A stretch of 64,000 bases of DNA from Candidatus Hikarchaeum yamanae (GTDB taxonomy: Archaea > Halobacteriota > Halobacteria > Halobacteriales > Hikarchaeaceae): contig WTZQ01000002.1 in NCBI GenBank assembly GCA_009889635.1, positions 17,097 through 81,096 of the forward strand. The letters run 5' to 3'. A program made the translations under genes and the position numbers. Under the pieces are notes generated by a model. It was not told the origin of the DNA. It saw only the letters and a program-made list of their open reading frames with translations, and did not search any database. Positions 20,666-30,431 of the stretch are shown here, one piece after another (the first letter of the stretch is position 1; every line of letters starts with the position of its first letter).

Positions 20666-22399
20666 TTACTCCACCACATGAAGAGACAAGAACGACGCTT
20701 TGTCTGATTCATGATAGATAGTATTGGTGGCAATCTGCATATCTTCCCTTGCCGCATCACAGGGGTGAACTTCAGTATTTGAATTCCTATCCCATCTTGG
20801 AAAACTACTCGAAGAAATTTCCAATCTAATTCTATGACCTGGTTTAAATGTATGGGCAACATGCCATAAATCTACAGAGATCTCATACACATCTCCTGGT
20901 TGCATGAATGTAGCTTCTTCCATTGAATCTCTATACCTAGCTCTCAAAATACCCTCTGTAACATTTCCACAGTATCCATTTGGTTCCACATCTACTAGTT
21001 TAGCTGTGAAATCCGTGTCCACTGCTGAACTTGATATGAATAACTTTGCCTCAACAGGACCTGCTATCGTCACCGCCCTATCCAAACGAGGTGTTGTGTA
21101 TACTAACACATCTTCTCTTTCTTCAATCACCGACTGATCTTTTACCCCTGCCTCTTGCACCTCCGGCATTTGAATTCGACCACCCATGGTTGGAACTGGA
21201 TCAAGTGGATCATACTGGTAACTATCTGGACATTGTACATCTGGGGTATCCAACAACAACGTCCCATTCCCAAACCTCGTATTTGCCTGTCCCGTACTAT
21301 GCAAATAATATTTAATATCTCTGCCCTCTGGAGGCCACGCATCCGCGTTGGTCCACTCCCTAGACCCTATGTCAAAATAACGAACAAGAGGCAGTTCTTT
21401 GAGTTTCTCAGTTTCTCCTTTCAACCACGCGTCGAACCACGAAAATATAAATGGTCCAACAAAACCTGCAGCGCTGGACGCTATAGGTCCAAATACTTTA
21501 TCCCCGACCCTATCATTCGCATATCCCATATATGATTCATGGGCCCATGGTCCAATTAACAACCTTTGTTCATTTTTCGGAATATCCTTTCCACTTTCTT
21601 GCAAAGCGTTGTACATATCCATATGTCCTATAGAAAAGAGATCTTGCCACCCTGTTATATCTAAAGTTGGAGCGGACACTGCAGATGCTTTCTGCGTTGT
21701 ATCAATAGATTTCCAATACTCATCATAGGTTGGATGATCCAACCAATCTTGATAGTAACTCACTAATTCTCTTTCCAATCCTGGAGCATTTCTGTGTGGC
21801 AAATAAGACATACTTTCTTGCAAATGAGCGGCCGCATAGGTCAGATGTTTTTTTGCTATTTCTCTCTTACTTTCTTCCAGCCCTGACACCGCCCCTAAAG
21901 CTAATTTTATTGCCCATCTGTGGTTAAATCCCAATTCAAATGCTCCACCTGTGTATGTCCAACCTTGATGATAATTAGCCCCCGTTAGATATGCAACAGC
22001 GGCTTCCAAATGAGGTGGATTTGAAACAACAGCCTGCCTGACAGTAACGCCGAGATATGAATTTCCATATATCCCCACTTTCCCATTACACCATTCTTGT
22101 TTGGCAACCCACTCAACCGAATCATACCCATCATCAGCTTCGGTATAAAACGGAACGAATTCTCCATCCGATGTAAATCTCCCCCTGGTATCTTGAACAA
22201 CAATTACATAACCGCGCTCTGGTCCCTGGATGGGATTTACCATCGGGGCCCCTGTGGACTGAGCACTAGATTTATTGTATGGAATGCGTGTTAGCAGCGC
22301 TGGGTATTCTCCATCTTCACTAGGTCGATAGATATCTGCTCTAAGAATAACCCCATCTCTCATGGGCATCGGCACATCACGTTCTACATAAAATTGCAT
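20666..22399 (-). CDS. CocE/NonD family alpha/beta hydrolase (S15 X-Pro dipeptidyl-peptidase-like)
   Basis: N-terminus VPMPMRDGVILRADIYRP..YPALLTRIPYNK, GNSYLG nucleophile elbow, C-terminal jelly-roll region. 577 aa. Confidence 0.85.
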   Translation of the reverse strand: MQFYVERDVPMPMRDGVILRADIYRPSEDGEYPALLTRIPYNKSSAQSTGAPMVNPIQGPERGYVIVVQDTRGRFTSDGEFVPFYTEADDGYDSVEWVAKQEWCNGKVGIYGNSYLGVTVRQAVVSNPPHLEAAVAYLTGANYHQGWTYTGGAFELGFNHRWAIKLALGAVSGLEESKREIAKKHLTYAAAHLQESMSYLPHRNAPGLERELVSYYQDWLDHPTYDEYWKSIDTTQKASAVSAPTLDITGWQDLFSIGHMDMYNALQESGKDIPKNEQRLLIGPWAHESYMGYANDRVGDKVFGPIASSAAGFVGPFIFSWFDAWLKGETEKLKELPLVRYFDIGSREWTNADAWPPEGRDIKYYLHSTGQANTRFGNGTLLLDTPDVQCPDSYQYDPLDPVPTMGGRIQMPEVQEAGVKDQSVIEEREDVLVYTTPRLDRAVTIAGPVEAKLFISSSAVDTDFTAKLVDVEPNGYCGNVTEGILRARYRDSMEEATFMQPGDVYEISVDLWHVAHTFKPGHRIRLEISSSSFPRWDRNSNTEVHPCDAAREDMQIATNTIYHESDKASFLSLHVVE

Positions 22400-22440
22400 A
22401 TTGTGAAAAAGACCTTCTCGAGTCTTATACTTGTATATGC

Positions 22441-23427
22441 CTACTTAAGGAGCGGAAGAACTTCTTCCCCTATCAAATCCATACAATAATCATAATCGTG
22501 CAATCTAAAACGAAGATCAAAGACAATATGATCAACTCCGGCTTCAATAAACTTTCCCACCTCTTGCGCAATGTCTTCTGGTGTTCCTGCCATAATTACC
22601 CCTTCCAAGTCCTCTAGATTCTCGAATTTCCCTGATTTTGGTTTGAGCCACCATCTCTGATTATTTGCAGCATTTAGCAACCCTTCTACATTCACGGGTT
22701 CTAAAGCCTTCCCACGTGTCGTATCTGGACTGGTAGGAGGAACTACCCCTACAGTTGGCATATCTTTGCCACTCTTCTCTGATAATTCTCTCAATTGGCG
22801 CATTCTAACTCTAAATGTAGGAATGGTGATTCTCCCTGGAAACCACCCGTCACAATATTCAACCGCCCTTCTCGCAGATGCCGGTGTGGACCCCCCATAC
22901 CAAATAGGTATCTCCCTCTTTGGTCTTGGGGCAATTCCCAATCCATCTACTGGAAACAATCTTCCATCATAGGTTATTTCATCATTTTCCCATGCCAATC
23001 TCATAATTTCAACCGCTTCTCTCACAGCATCAACTCTGTCATCTAAACCCAATCCCACTAGCTCGAATTCATCTTTAAACAATGTCGCACCTGCTCCCAT
23101 TCCTGCAATAACTCGCCCTTCAGATAACCAATCCAAACTAGCAAATAAATGTGCCATATACAATGGATGTCTCCACGGAACTGCAACGGCAGTTCCCAAT
23201 TTTAATTTTTTAGTCGCCGCTGCCAATCCTGCTAATACAACAAAAGGTTCCACCATTGTGGCACTTGATCCTTCAAACCCGTGCCCATGAAACCGTAAGA
23301 AATGATCTCTAACCCACACAGAATCAAATTCTAGTTCTTCTGCTCTTTTTGCCCCTTCTATCAGCGACGAAGCAGACGCATGCTCTCCAAAATGTGGTAA
23401 CAATAATCCATAACTAACTTTCCCCAT
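22441..23427 (-). CDS. LLM-class (luciferase-like) flavin/F420-dependent oxidoreductase
   Basis: TIM-barrel LLM pattern ..FDSVWVRDHF.., LGTAVAVPWRHPL, IWYGGSTPASARRAVEYCDGW. 328 aa. Confidence 0.8.
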   Translation of the reverse strand: MGKVSYGLLLPHFGEHASASSLIEGAKRAEELEFDSVWVRDHFLRFHGHGFEGSSATMVEPFVVLAGLAAATKKLKLGTAVAVPWRHPLYMAHLFASLDWLSEGRVIAGMGAGATLFKDEFELVGLGLDDRVDAVREAVEIMRLAWENDEITYDGRLFPVDGLGIAPRPKREIPIWYGGSTPASARRAVEYCDGWFPGRITIPTFRVRMRQLRELSEKSGKDMPTVGVVPPTSPDTTRGKALEPVNVEGLLNAANNQRWWLKPKSGKFENLEDLEGVIMAGTPEDIAQEVGKFIEAGVDHIVFDLRFRLHDYDYCMDLIGEEVLPLLK

Positions 23428-23472
23428 GCCCGACTATTTGGTGACTTGCATATCTATTTCTTTGCTTTGTAC

Positions 23473-23829
23473 TCACACATCTAGATATACTGTTTGCTCT
23501 TCTACCACGATTTTGTATGTTGGAATCCTTATATCTGGATCTCCTGCATGCTCCCCAGTTTTAATATCATATGCCCATCCATGCCAAGGACATATTACCA
23601 CATAATCCTCTGTGAAATATTCCTCTGGAAGTTTTCCAAGAGGAGGAACGTCTCCTCCCACTCTTTTTCTTATATCTCCTGTGCACACCGGCCCCCTTTG
23701 ATGGCAACAAGAGTTAAGTAGTGCATAAAATTCCCCATCTATGTTAAATATCCCCACTTCGACTCCTTTCACTTTAACCACTTTACCCTCTCCGTGTTCT
23801 ACTTCTTCTACTTTACAAACCTCAATCAT
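23473..23829 (-). CDS. Rieske [2Fe-2S] domain protein (NirD-like, 118 aa)
   Basis: CxH CCHQRGP and CxxH CPWHGWAYD. Start overlaps the upstream amidohydrolase stop by 4 nt. Confidence 0.85.
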   Translation of the reverse strand: MIEVCKVEEVEHGEGKVVKVKGVEVGIFNIDGEFYALLNSCCHQRGPVCTGDIRKRVGGDVPPLGKLPEEYFTEDYVVICPWHGWAYDIKTGEHAGDPDIRIPTYKIVVEEQTVYLDV

Positions 23830-24902
23830 ACTCCAAAGACTCCCTCTGCATTTTTCCCTAGTATCCCTTCCTTTTCCTCCTCTGTTAAAAACGCCAGTTC
23901 ATTTATCGCACTTGGATCATCAAAATCTTCGTGAGGATAATCCGACGCATACATAAGACGATCCGGACCCCCAATCATTTCGATAACATATTGTAGATAT
24001 TTCTTATCTGGAACTATTTCCATCGGCTGAGTTCCATAATAAAATTCTTTCATATATTCTGAAGGGCGTTTTCTCATTAAGACAGCCTCATCTTGCATTC
24101 TAAGATATTCCATGTCCATCCGATACATCATCATTGGTATCCAAAACAAACCAGTTTCTTGAAATACAAAATCTAGTTTGGGGAACTTCTCAGGAACCCC
24201 TTGGGAAACAACGTTCGCGATAGTTGTCATATTGTCAAATAAAAACCCTAGTGCATGCGTCTCCATTATTGTTGTAAAACCCGATAACCACCCAAAGTTA
24301 TCTAGAGTCGCACTTCCTCCATGGTACAACACAGGCAAATCTGCACGTTGACACGCATCGTAGATCGGATCGTATTTCCTGTGTCCCATTGGAGGTTCAA
24401 TCCGCGCTGTTAGCACACAAGCACCAATAATTGCTTTTTCACTAGCGTAGTCATCTATGAGCTCCGCGGCCTTCACCGGATCATTATATGGGACTGGAAT
24501 TGACATATACATGCCCGCATCCGCATCCGCTATTTTATCAAGCATATACTGTATATATGCCTCCGCAAATTTCGTCTGGCGCTTGTCTTCCTCTAACATA
24601 GCAAATGTGAGAATCTGTTCAGACAATAACAATATTTTGTCAAAGGACATTTCTTCCATTAGCTGCACAACTCCCTCCTTTGTATTGAAATCCACATCCC
24701 GTCTCTTAATACTAGGGTAATTAAATCCATCTGGTCTCGATAGGCTCGGCCAAAATGATATGGGAACGCTCCTGTTGGTTGTACTCCCATACTCAAATTT
24801 TAATTTCCACGGGTCGTCATCATCAATATAATCCACTATATCATACAACGTCTCTACGTAGTGAGCATCCGTATCAAAAATGGTCTTTCCACCTATTGCC
24901 AT
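23826..24902 (-). CDS. amidohydrolase_2 (ACMSD/LigW-like metal-dependent hydrolase/decarboxylase) family protein
   Basis: N-terminal FDTDAHYVE and C-terminal YASDYPHEDF metal-ligand motifs. 358 aa. Confidence 0.8.
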   Translation of the reverse strand: MAIGGKTIFDTDAHYVETLYDIVDYIDDDDPWKLKFEYGSTTNRSVPISFWPSLSRPDGFNYPSIKRRDVDFNTKEGVVQLMEEMSFDKILLLSEQILTFAMLEEDKRQTKFAEAYIQYMLDKIADADAGMYMSIPVPYNDPVKAAELIDDYASEKAIIGACVLTARIEPPMGHRKYDPIYDACQRADLPVLYHGGSATLDNFGWLSGFTTIMETHALGFLFDNMTTIANVVSQGVPEKFPKLDFVFQETGLFWIPMMMYRMDMEYLRMQDEAVLMRKRPSEYMKEFYYGTQPMEIVPDKKYLQYVIEMIGGPDRLMYASDYPHEDFDDPSAINELAFLTEEEKEGILGKNAEGVFGV

Positions 24903-24995
24903 ACCGATCTATTGGGTCTTGAAATACCAAATATAAGTCGATTCAGTCATCCAGGAAGATTGGCCATTTCTTGGATATACTATACTATTTATATA

Positions 24996-26687
24996 TCAAT
25001 CTGAAAATTTAACATGTATTACCGCAGGTTTCCCATTCTCAGTCGCTTCTATTGCTTCCCTCAGTGCAGCCTCCAACCGATCTAATTCAACAACCGATTC
25101 AGTGTGACTACCCACAATTTGCGACGGGGCTGTAAAGTCAATCGGGTGATTAAATCTACTCTCTGGAATCCCATCTTGAACAGCTATTCCTTTGGGATGG
25201 GTTCTCTTAGTTGAACCTCTAACCGCATTCCATCCTTCATTATCATACACCACTGTCAGGGTAGGCACTTTCCTCTCTGCAGATAGCCACGCCGTAACTG
25301 AAGGGTGTGTGAAAAGATATGAACCATCTCCTACCAAACACCAAGTTTCTCTATCTGGGAATGCCATCTTAGCCCCCACTGCAGCTCCCCCTGCAAACCC
25401 AAGCCCAGATCCATATTTTGCAATATAACTTCCTGGATTGACCAACTCTAAATTATTCAGTATCCCCCCTGTGCTAGTGGTCGCATCCGTTACCACCATC
25501 GCATTTTTATCCTTCACCCGATTTATGACTGCAGAAATAGTTGCAGAATTTAATTTGTTATCCTTAATTTGTTCATTAACACTTACTTTTAGGTTTTCTC
25601 TTTTTTCCGCACTGAAATTTTCCCAAAAAAGACGTCCACTTTCACCATCTATTGGGTCTAACTTTTCAGATACTAATTTTAGTGTCTTAATGGGATCTGC
25701 CGCTACCGCCATGTCTACATCAAAATCCCAATGTGGGTATGTATGCTTCAGTGGATTATTTTCAATTTGAATTATTGGAATATTTTCCGCAGGGGCTGAA
25801 ATAGAGGGGACCCATGGAACATCTGTATCGGCCAATATTATTAAATCAGCATGATCAAATACATTACCTGGCACGAAACCCACATGTTGCGGATGATTTC
25901 GTGGAAAATTCAATACACATGGTGCATGCTCAACTACACCTATCCCCGAAACTTCAACAAATTCTATCAACGCAGAAACGTTTTCATTTACAGGAGACTT
26001 TCCCATTCGACTGGTAATTATCACCGGACGCTCCGCCGATTCAACAAGCGAAGAAATATCTTTGACAGCCCTTTCGTCCGCACCCGTCGTTCTAATTGAA
26101 ATTGGACCTTTTGAATCCAATGAACATTTTACTTCTAATGCTTCTCTTGCAGCTGTCAAATAGACTGGACCTGCTGGAGGTCCTTTGGATAAAGCAACCG
26201 CACGTCTGATCATAGAAACTGGATTCGCAGGGGGTCTATATTCTGTCACCCACCTGCAGTACTCTCTCACGATATCTGATTGTTGGAAAGTATCTTGTAG
26301 GTAGTGTACCACATGATCTCTTGACCCAACATGACCCATATCGGTTACCGGGGCCAACCCTGATATTATTATTACCGGGATATTCGACCGGTGGGCATTA
26401 TGCATCGCTGCACCTAGATTTTGAGTTCCTACATCCACATGAACCAATACCGCTTGAGGCTTCCCAGTCGCAGCCGCATATCCATGCGCGGCACTAAGTG
26501 CAACAAATTCATGGGGGCAAACAACAACTTCTGGCATCTTTCCATCCTCCCTTCTGATCTTTGCAGCCGCTTCTATCAATGGAGTATGATCCGTACCATA
26601 ATTGGCAAACAAATACTCTACACCCTGGAGAGACAATGAACGAAGAATGGCTTCTGCAGCAGTAATTTTCTCTTTTTTGGAGCTCAT
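24996..26687 (-). CDS. thiamine-diphosphate-dependent enzyme (acetolactate-synthase-large-subunit-like)
   Basis: Catalytic Glu region CPHEFVALSAAHGYA. ThDP-binding motif LVGDGSYLF..VVYDNEGWN. 563 aa. Confidence 0.85.
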   Translation of the reverse strand: MSSKKEKITAAEAILRSLSLQGVEYLFANYGTDHTPLIEAAAKIRREDGKMPEVVVCPHEFVALSAAHGYAAATGKPQAVLVHVDVGTQNLGAAMHNAHRSNIPVIIISGLAPVTDMGHVGSRDHVVHYLQDTFQQSDIVREYCRWVTEYRPPANPVSMIRRAVALSKGPPAGPVYLTAAREALEVKCSLDSKGPISIRTTGADERAVKDISSLVESAERPVIITSRMGKSPVNENVSALIEFVEVSGIGVVEHAPCVLNFPRNHPQHVGFVPGNVFDHADLIILADTDVPWVPSISAPAENIPIIQIENNPLKHTYPHWDFDVDMAVAADPIKTLKLVSEKLDPIDGESGRLFWENFSAEKRENLKVSVNEQIKDNKLNSATISAVINRVKDKNAMVVTDATTSTGGILNNLELVNPGSYIAKYGSGLGFAGGAAVGAKMAFPDRETWCLVGDGSYLFTHPSVTAWLSAERKVPTLTVVYDNEGWNAVRGSTKRTHPKGIAVQDGIPESRFNHPIDFTAPSQIVGSHTESVVELDRLEAALREAIEATENGKPAVIHVKFSD

Positions 26688-26718
26688 CTTTGACTATACT
26701 AGTATCTTCATTCGTTTA

Positions 26719-27390
26719 TCACTTCTGCGACATCGATCCCCCAATCTCATCAGGATATTTTTGGGATTCCTCTTTAGTTTTCCGTGCAACAAGCGACGCC
26801 ACCGCCATCGATCCCCTATCTACTCTTCGAATTCCCTCCTTATAATATAAGACTGTTAGTTCTCTGAAATGGTTCAGCAGCTCGTTTGATTTAAATCGAT
26901 ATTTATCTTTACTTGGGCCTCTGTCCACTCGATCTTCTGTTCTAATGTGATGCTCGTATATGATCATCCCCCCCGATTTGAGTGATTTCTTAATTGTTTG
27001 CATCATATCTGTTTCACAAAAAAAGAAGTCAACCACGATCACATCATATTCCTCCTCGGTGAATTCAAATTCATCAATATCGGCCAATATCCAATTAACA
27101 TTCACTCCCGCATTTTCCCCTCGCTCTTTTGCCCTTGACAAAGCAATAGTAGAAACATCTATTGCATCCACCTCGTAACCCCTCTCCGCCAAATACACGG
27201 CATTCCTCCCGTTTCCACAAGCCACTTCCAAACAACGTTTCCCGTTCCCTTCTGTCTCTTCTATTGCTATCTTTATTAGGGAAGACGCTTCACTCCTCGG
27301 ACGATATTCCCCCGACAAGTATCTTTCATCCCATTTAGCACCTTGATCACTTTTGTTTGTCATTTCTTGCCATTCTTTCCCATAAATCAA
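26719..27390 (-). CDS. class I SAM-dependent methyltransferase (alternative start 27363)
   Basis: Motif I LEVACGNGRNAVYLA and acidic loop VDAIDVS. Overlaps the 3' end of the upstream FMN-reductase gene. Confidence 0.8.
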   Translation of the reverse strand: MIYGKEWQEMTNKSDQGAKWDERYLSGEYRPRSEASSLIKIAIEETEGNGKRCLEVACGNGRNAVYLAERGYEVDAIDVSTIALSRAKERGENAGVNVNWILADIDEFEFTEEEYDVIVVDFFFCETDMMQTIKKSLKSGGMIIYEHHIRTEDRVDRGPSKDKYRFKSNELLNHFRELTVLYYKEGIRRVDRGSMAVASLVARKTKEESQKYPDEIGGSMSQK

Positions 27391-28027
27391 TTGTTTCTTG
27401 TACCATCTCTTCTATTCTGTTTTTCACCTCTGGGTTCTCTAAGTCAAAACCCTCGCCCCCAAAATCAGGTTCTGTCGCGAAGACGCTCGTATTAGCAACT
27501 TCTACTCCTAGATATACAAATACTGGCCTCAATTGAGAGTCAATTACTAAATTATGCTGCCTATTCCGTCCAGACATAACAATACCTGCAACCCTTTTTT
27601 TGTTTTTAAATTCTTGCCATGGTGTGTGATCAATAAGATTCTTAAGTGCCCCTGAAATCCCTAAGAAATATACTGGAGATCCAATGAAATAAATATCCGC
27701 ATCAAGATACTTCTTTACAGTCTCCTTAGTCAAATCATTCCATTCATCTTGATCTTGACTCCTAAAAACTGGCAGTTCTATACTCCCTAGGTCCATATTC
27801 TCATACTCTAAATTTTGACTTTCTAACACTTCTCCCACATACTCCATCAACGCCCTAACTCTAGATGGCTCCCTTCGACTCCCACAAATCACTGCGATGT
27901 TAGCTGGATTATTAGATTCCATACTAGCGATGTATGGTTTCATTCCTTTTACCTCTTCTTCATATCTTTTGTCAATCCAGAACAGTAATCTTTTCACCCA
28001 CTCGAAGAAGATTTCTTTCACAGACAC
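27347..28027 (-). CDS. NAD(P)H-dependent FMN reductase (flavodoxin-like fold); maximal ORF given, internal starts at 27943 or 27922 are more likely
   Basis: [15 protein letters not shown] and FIGSPVYF are typical of the SsuE/NADPH-FMN-reductase fold. The first 28-35 codons run into the aIF2gamma promoter region. Confidence 0.7.
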   Translation of the reverse strand: MSVKEIFFEWVKRLLFWIDKRYEEEVKGMKPYIASMESNNPANIAVICGSRREPSRVRALMEYVGEVLESQNLEYENMDLGSIELPVFRSQDQDEWNDLTKETVKKYLDADIYFIGSPVYFLGISGALKNLIDHTPWQEFKNKKRVAGIVMSGRNRQHNLVIDSQLRPVFVYLGVEVANTSVFATEPDFGGEGFDLENPEVKNRIEEMVQETIDLWERMARNDKQK

Positions 28028-28046
28028 TCATATAAAGTATATAATC

Positions 28047-29282
28047 GTGAAACAAAAAACCACCCCCGAAGTCAATATAGGTCTTGTTGGCCACGTCGAC
28101 CATGGGAAAACAACACTAGTAAAAGCATTGTCTGGAACTTGGACCGACCAACACTCTGAGGAACTGAAACGTGGAATTTCCATCCGACTTGGTTATGCAG
28201 ACGCAACTTTTAGGAAGTGCCCCGAATGCGAAGACCCAACTTCATATCTCCTAGCTGAAACGTGCCCTCATCATAATAAAAAAACGGACTTTTTGCGCAC
28301 TGTTTCTTTCGTAGATGCACCTGGCCACGAAACTCTCATGGCGACTATGCTATCTGGCGCGGCACTCATGGATGGAGCAGTACTAGTTGTCAGCGCAACC
28401 GAATCTGTACCTCAGCCTCAGACAGAAGAACATCTAATGGCTCTAGAGACTATTGGGATATCAAACATCGTCATTGCCCAAACTAAGATAGATCTAGTCG
28501 ACTTGGAAACTGCCAAAGACCACTATGAAAAACTTAAAGAATTCTTTTCTGGAACAATAGCTAAAAATGCACCTATAATTCCCATTTGCGCTGATCAAAA
28601 TATCAATATAGATTCTCTCATTAAATCTATAGAAGAACATATCCCCACCCCCAAACGGGATGGCAAATCTCCACCTCTAATGTACGTGGCCAGGAGTTTT
28701 GATATAAACCGTCCCGGAGCAACCTGGGACCAGTTAGTTGGAGGCGTTTTAGGAGGAAGCCTTGTCCAAGGTCAGTTCTCTGTTGGAGATGAATTAGAAA
28801 TTTCTCCTGGGCAACGAATATTCACTTCAGGTAAAGTTGAATATCTCCCCATCATTGCAACAATAAAATCCATCCGAGCTGGTAATTCATCTCTCGACGA
28901 AGTTGGTCCTGGGGGACTCATAGGAATTGGAACTGGATTAGATCCTTCTCTCACAAAAAGTGATGGTTTGACTGGAAGGCTGGCAGGAAAACCAGGAACC
29001 CTTCCTCCTCTTTGGGATTCTTTCACTATGAATGTAGACCTTCTAGACCGTATTGTTGGTACCTCTGAATCTGGGGAAGTTGGCCCAATAAACACTGGAG
29101 AAGCCCTGATGCTATCTGTCGGTACCACTACTACGGTAGGAATTGTTACAAGTGCTAGAAAATCCGAATGTGAGGTTTCACTCAAACGACCCATAAGTGC
29201 ACCTCTGCAAGCACAAATAGCTATTAGCAGACGTGTTGGTTCTCGTTGGAGATTGATTGGAATTGGAACACTTTTAAACTGA
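28047..29282 (+). CDS. eif2g: translation initiation factor aIF2 gamma subunit (GTG start)
   Basis: G motifs [26 protein letters not shown] and zinc knuckle CPEC..C. The ORF-track extension from 27897 is rejected. Confidence 0.95.
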   Translation: MKQKTTPEVNIGLVGHVDHGKTTLVKALSGTWTDQHSEELKRGISIRLGYADATFRKCPECEDPTSYLLAETCPHHNKKTDFLRTVSFVDAPGHETLMATMLSGAALMDGAVLVVSATESVPQPQTEEHLMALETIGISNIVIAQTKIDLVDLETAKDHYEKLKEFFSGTIAKNAPIIPICADQNINIDSLIKSIEEHIPTPKRDGKSPPLMYVARSFDINRPGATWDQLVGGVLGGSLVQGQFSVGDELEISPGQRIFTSGKVEYLPIIATIKSIRAGNSSLDEVGPGGLIGIGTGLDPSLTKSDGLTGRLAGKPGTLPPLWDSFTMNVDLLDRIVGTSESGEVGPINTGEALMLSVGTTTTVGIVTSARKSECEVSLKRPISAPLQAQIAISRRVGSRWRLIGIGTLLN

Positions 29283-29285
29283 TTC

Positions 29286-29669
29286 ATGGTCATTGTTGCT
29301 CTCGATACTAATGCATTGATGGTCCCTGTCGAACTCGAAATCAGAATTTTTGAGGAACTAGAGCTATTACTGCCCTCTCCCGAATTTGTGATCCCCGAGC
29401 CCGTACTCCAAGAACTTTCTTCTCTAAAAAATGGCAAGGGAGTAGCTTCTCGTGCCGCTCGTGTTGGTCTCGATTTGGCCAAAATGCGATGTAAAATTAT
29501 CAAAACAGAGAATGCTGCGGCAGACGAATCATTTTTGGAGCTTTCTTATACTAGTCAAATAGATTACGTTGTAACAAACGATTTGTCCCTGCGCGACAGA
29601 CTCCTAGGAGCTGGTATCCCCGTAGTTGGCGTTAGGGGCCAAAATACGTTACATATCATGGAGCCCTAA
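29286..29669 (+). CDS. PIN-domain protein, Fcf1/Utp24-like (conserved member of the aIF2gamma-rpoE operon)
   Basis: VIVALDTNALM N-terminal acidic motif and ..YVVTNDLSLRDRL. In the conserved position between eif2g and rpoE'. Confidence 0.75.
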   Translation: MVIVALDTNALMVPVELEIRIFEELELLLPSPEFVIPEPVLQELSSLKNGKGVASRAARVGLDLAKMRCKIIKTENAAADESFLELSYTSQIDYVVTNDLSLRDRLLGAGIPVVGVRGQNTLHIMEP

Positions 29670-29670
29670 T

Positions 29671-30225
29671 ATGTTTAAAAAGGTTAGAATAATCGACACA
29701 GTGGAAGTACCGCCAGACAAACTCGGAGATGTAAACAAAGATTTAGTCAAAGTGTTGCTTCAAGACAAACTCGAAGGTCGTGTAGACAAATCTGTAGGCA
29801 GTGTAATAAGTGTCACCAAAGTACACAATCTCGAAGAAGGTGTTGTTCTACCCGGACGCCCAGGAGTTTATTATCCCACCGAATTCGATGCTATCACTTT
29901 CGACCCTTCGATGCAAGAAGTAGTTGACGGAACCGTGGTCGAGGTCGTCGAATTCGGAGCATTTGTAGGAATTGGCCCTATCGATGGTCTTCTACACGTC
30001 TCTCAAATTTCTGATGAATATCTGAGCTTCAATGGAGAAAACCAACAGCTAAACTCAAATGAGTCTGGCAAATCAATTAAAGTCGATGACCCTGTCCGGA
30101 CTAGAATCGTGACCAAGAGCATCGACGAACGCAATCCCCGAGAATCCAAGATCGGTTTAACCGCAAAACAACCTGGCCTTGGAAAGCACGGATGGCTCAA
30201 AGACAAGCGTGAGGCCGATAATTAA
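29671..30225 (+). CDS. rpoE1: DNA-directed RNA polymerase subunit E' (Rpo7) with S1 domain
   Basis: MFKKVRIIDTVEVPP N-terminus and S1 motif GAFVGIGPIDGLLHVSQI. Confidence 0.85.
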   Translation: MFKKVRIIDTVEVPPDKLGDVNKDLVKVLLQDKLEGRVDKSVGSVISVTKVHNLEEGVVLPGRPGVYYPTEFDAITFDPSMQEVVDGTVVEVVEFGAFVGIGPIDGLLHVSQISDEYLSFNGENQQLNSNESGKSIKVDDPVRTRIVTKSIDERNPRESKIGLTAKQPGLGKHGWLKDKREADN

Positions 30226-30428
30226 TGCCCGCAAAAAAACGCCTCGCTTGTAGAGATTGCCTCAGAGTGTTAAATGATAAAAAAGCAGAAACGTGTCCTT
30301 CCTGTGGCTCTGCTAGTATCACTGATGACTGGAGTGGATATATCGTTATTATCCACCCACAACAATCCGATGTAGCAAAAATAATGGGAATAAACGAGCC
30401 CGGACAGTATGCTCTAAAAGTCAGATAA
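30225..30428 (+). CDS. spt4: transcription elongation factor Spt4 (RpoE'')
   Basis: Zn ribbon CRDC..CPSCGS followed by DDWSGYIVII. TAATG overlap with rpoE'. Confidence 0.85.
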   Translation: MPAKKRLACRDCLRVLNDKKAETCPSCGSASITDDWSGYIVIIHPQQSDVAKIMGINEPGQYALKVR

Positions 30429-30431
30429 CTA

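Noticed and set aside
27897-28046. 50-codon N-terminal extension of aIF2gamma
   Set aside because: It overlaps the FMN-reductase gene on the other strand. Homologous aIF2gamma proteins start a few residues before [17 protein letters not shown], so the GTG at 28047 fits.
28772-29503. 243-aa antisense ORF, the longest non-annotated ORF in the window, spanning the 3' end of aIF2gamma and the 5' end of the PIN gene
   Set aside because: It lies entirely antisense to two strongly conserved genes. The product is basic and low-complexity (S/P/R/T-rich), which does not fit the acidic proteome, and it has no recognisable motif. Stop-codon depletion on the opposite strand of a biased coding frame is the simpler explanation.
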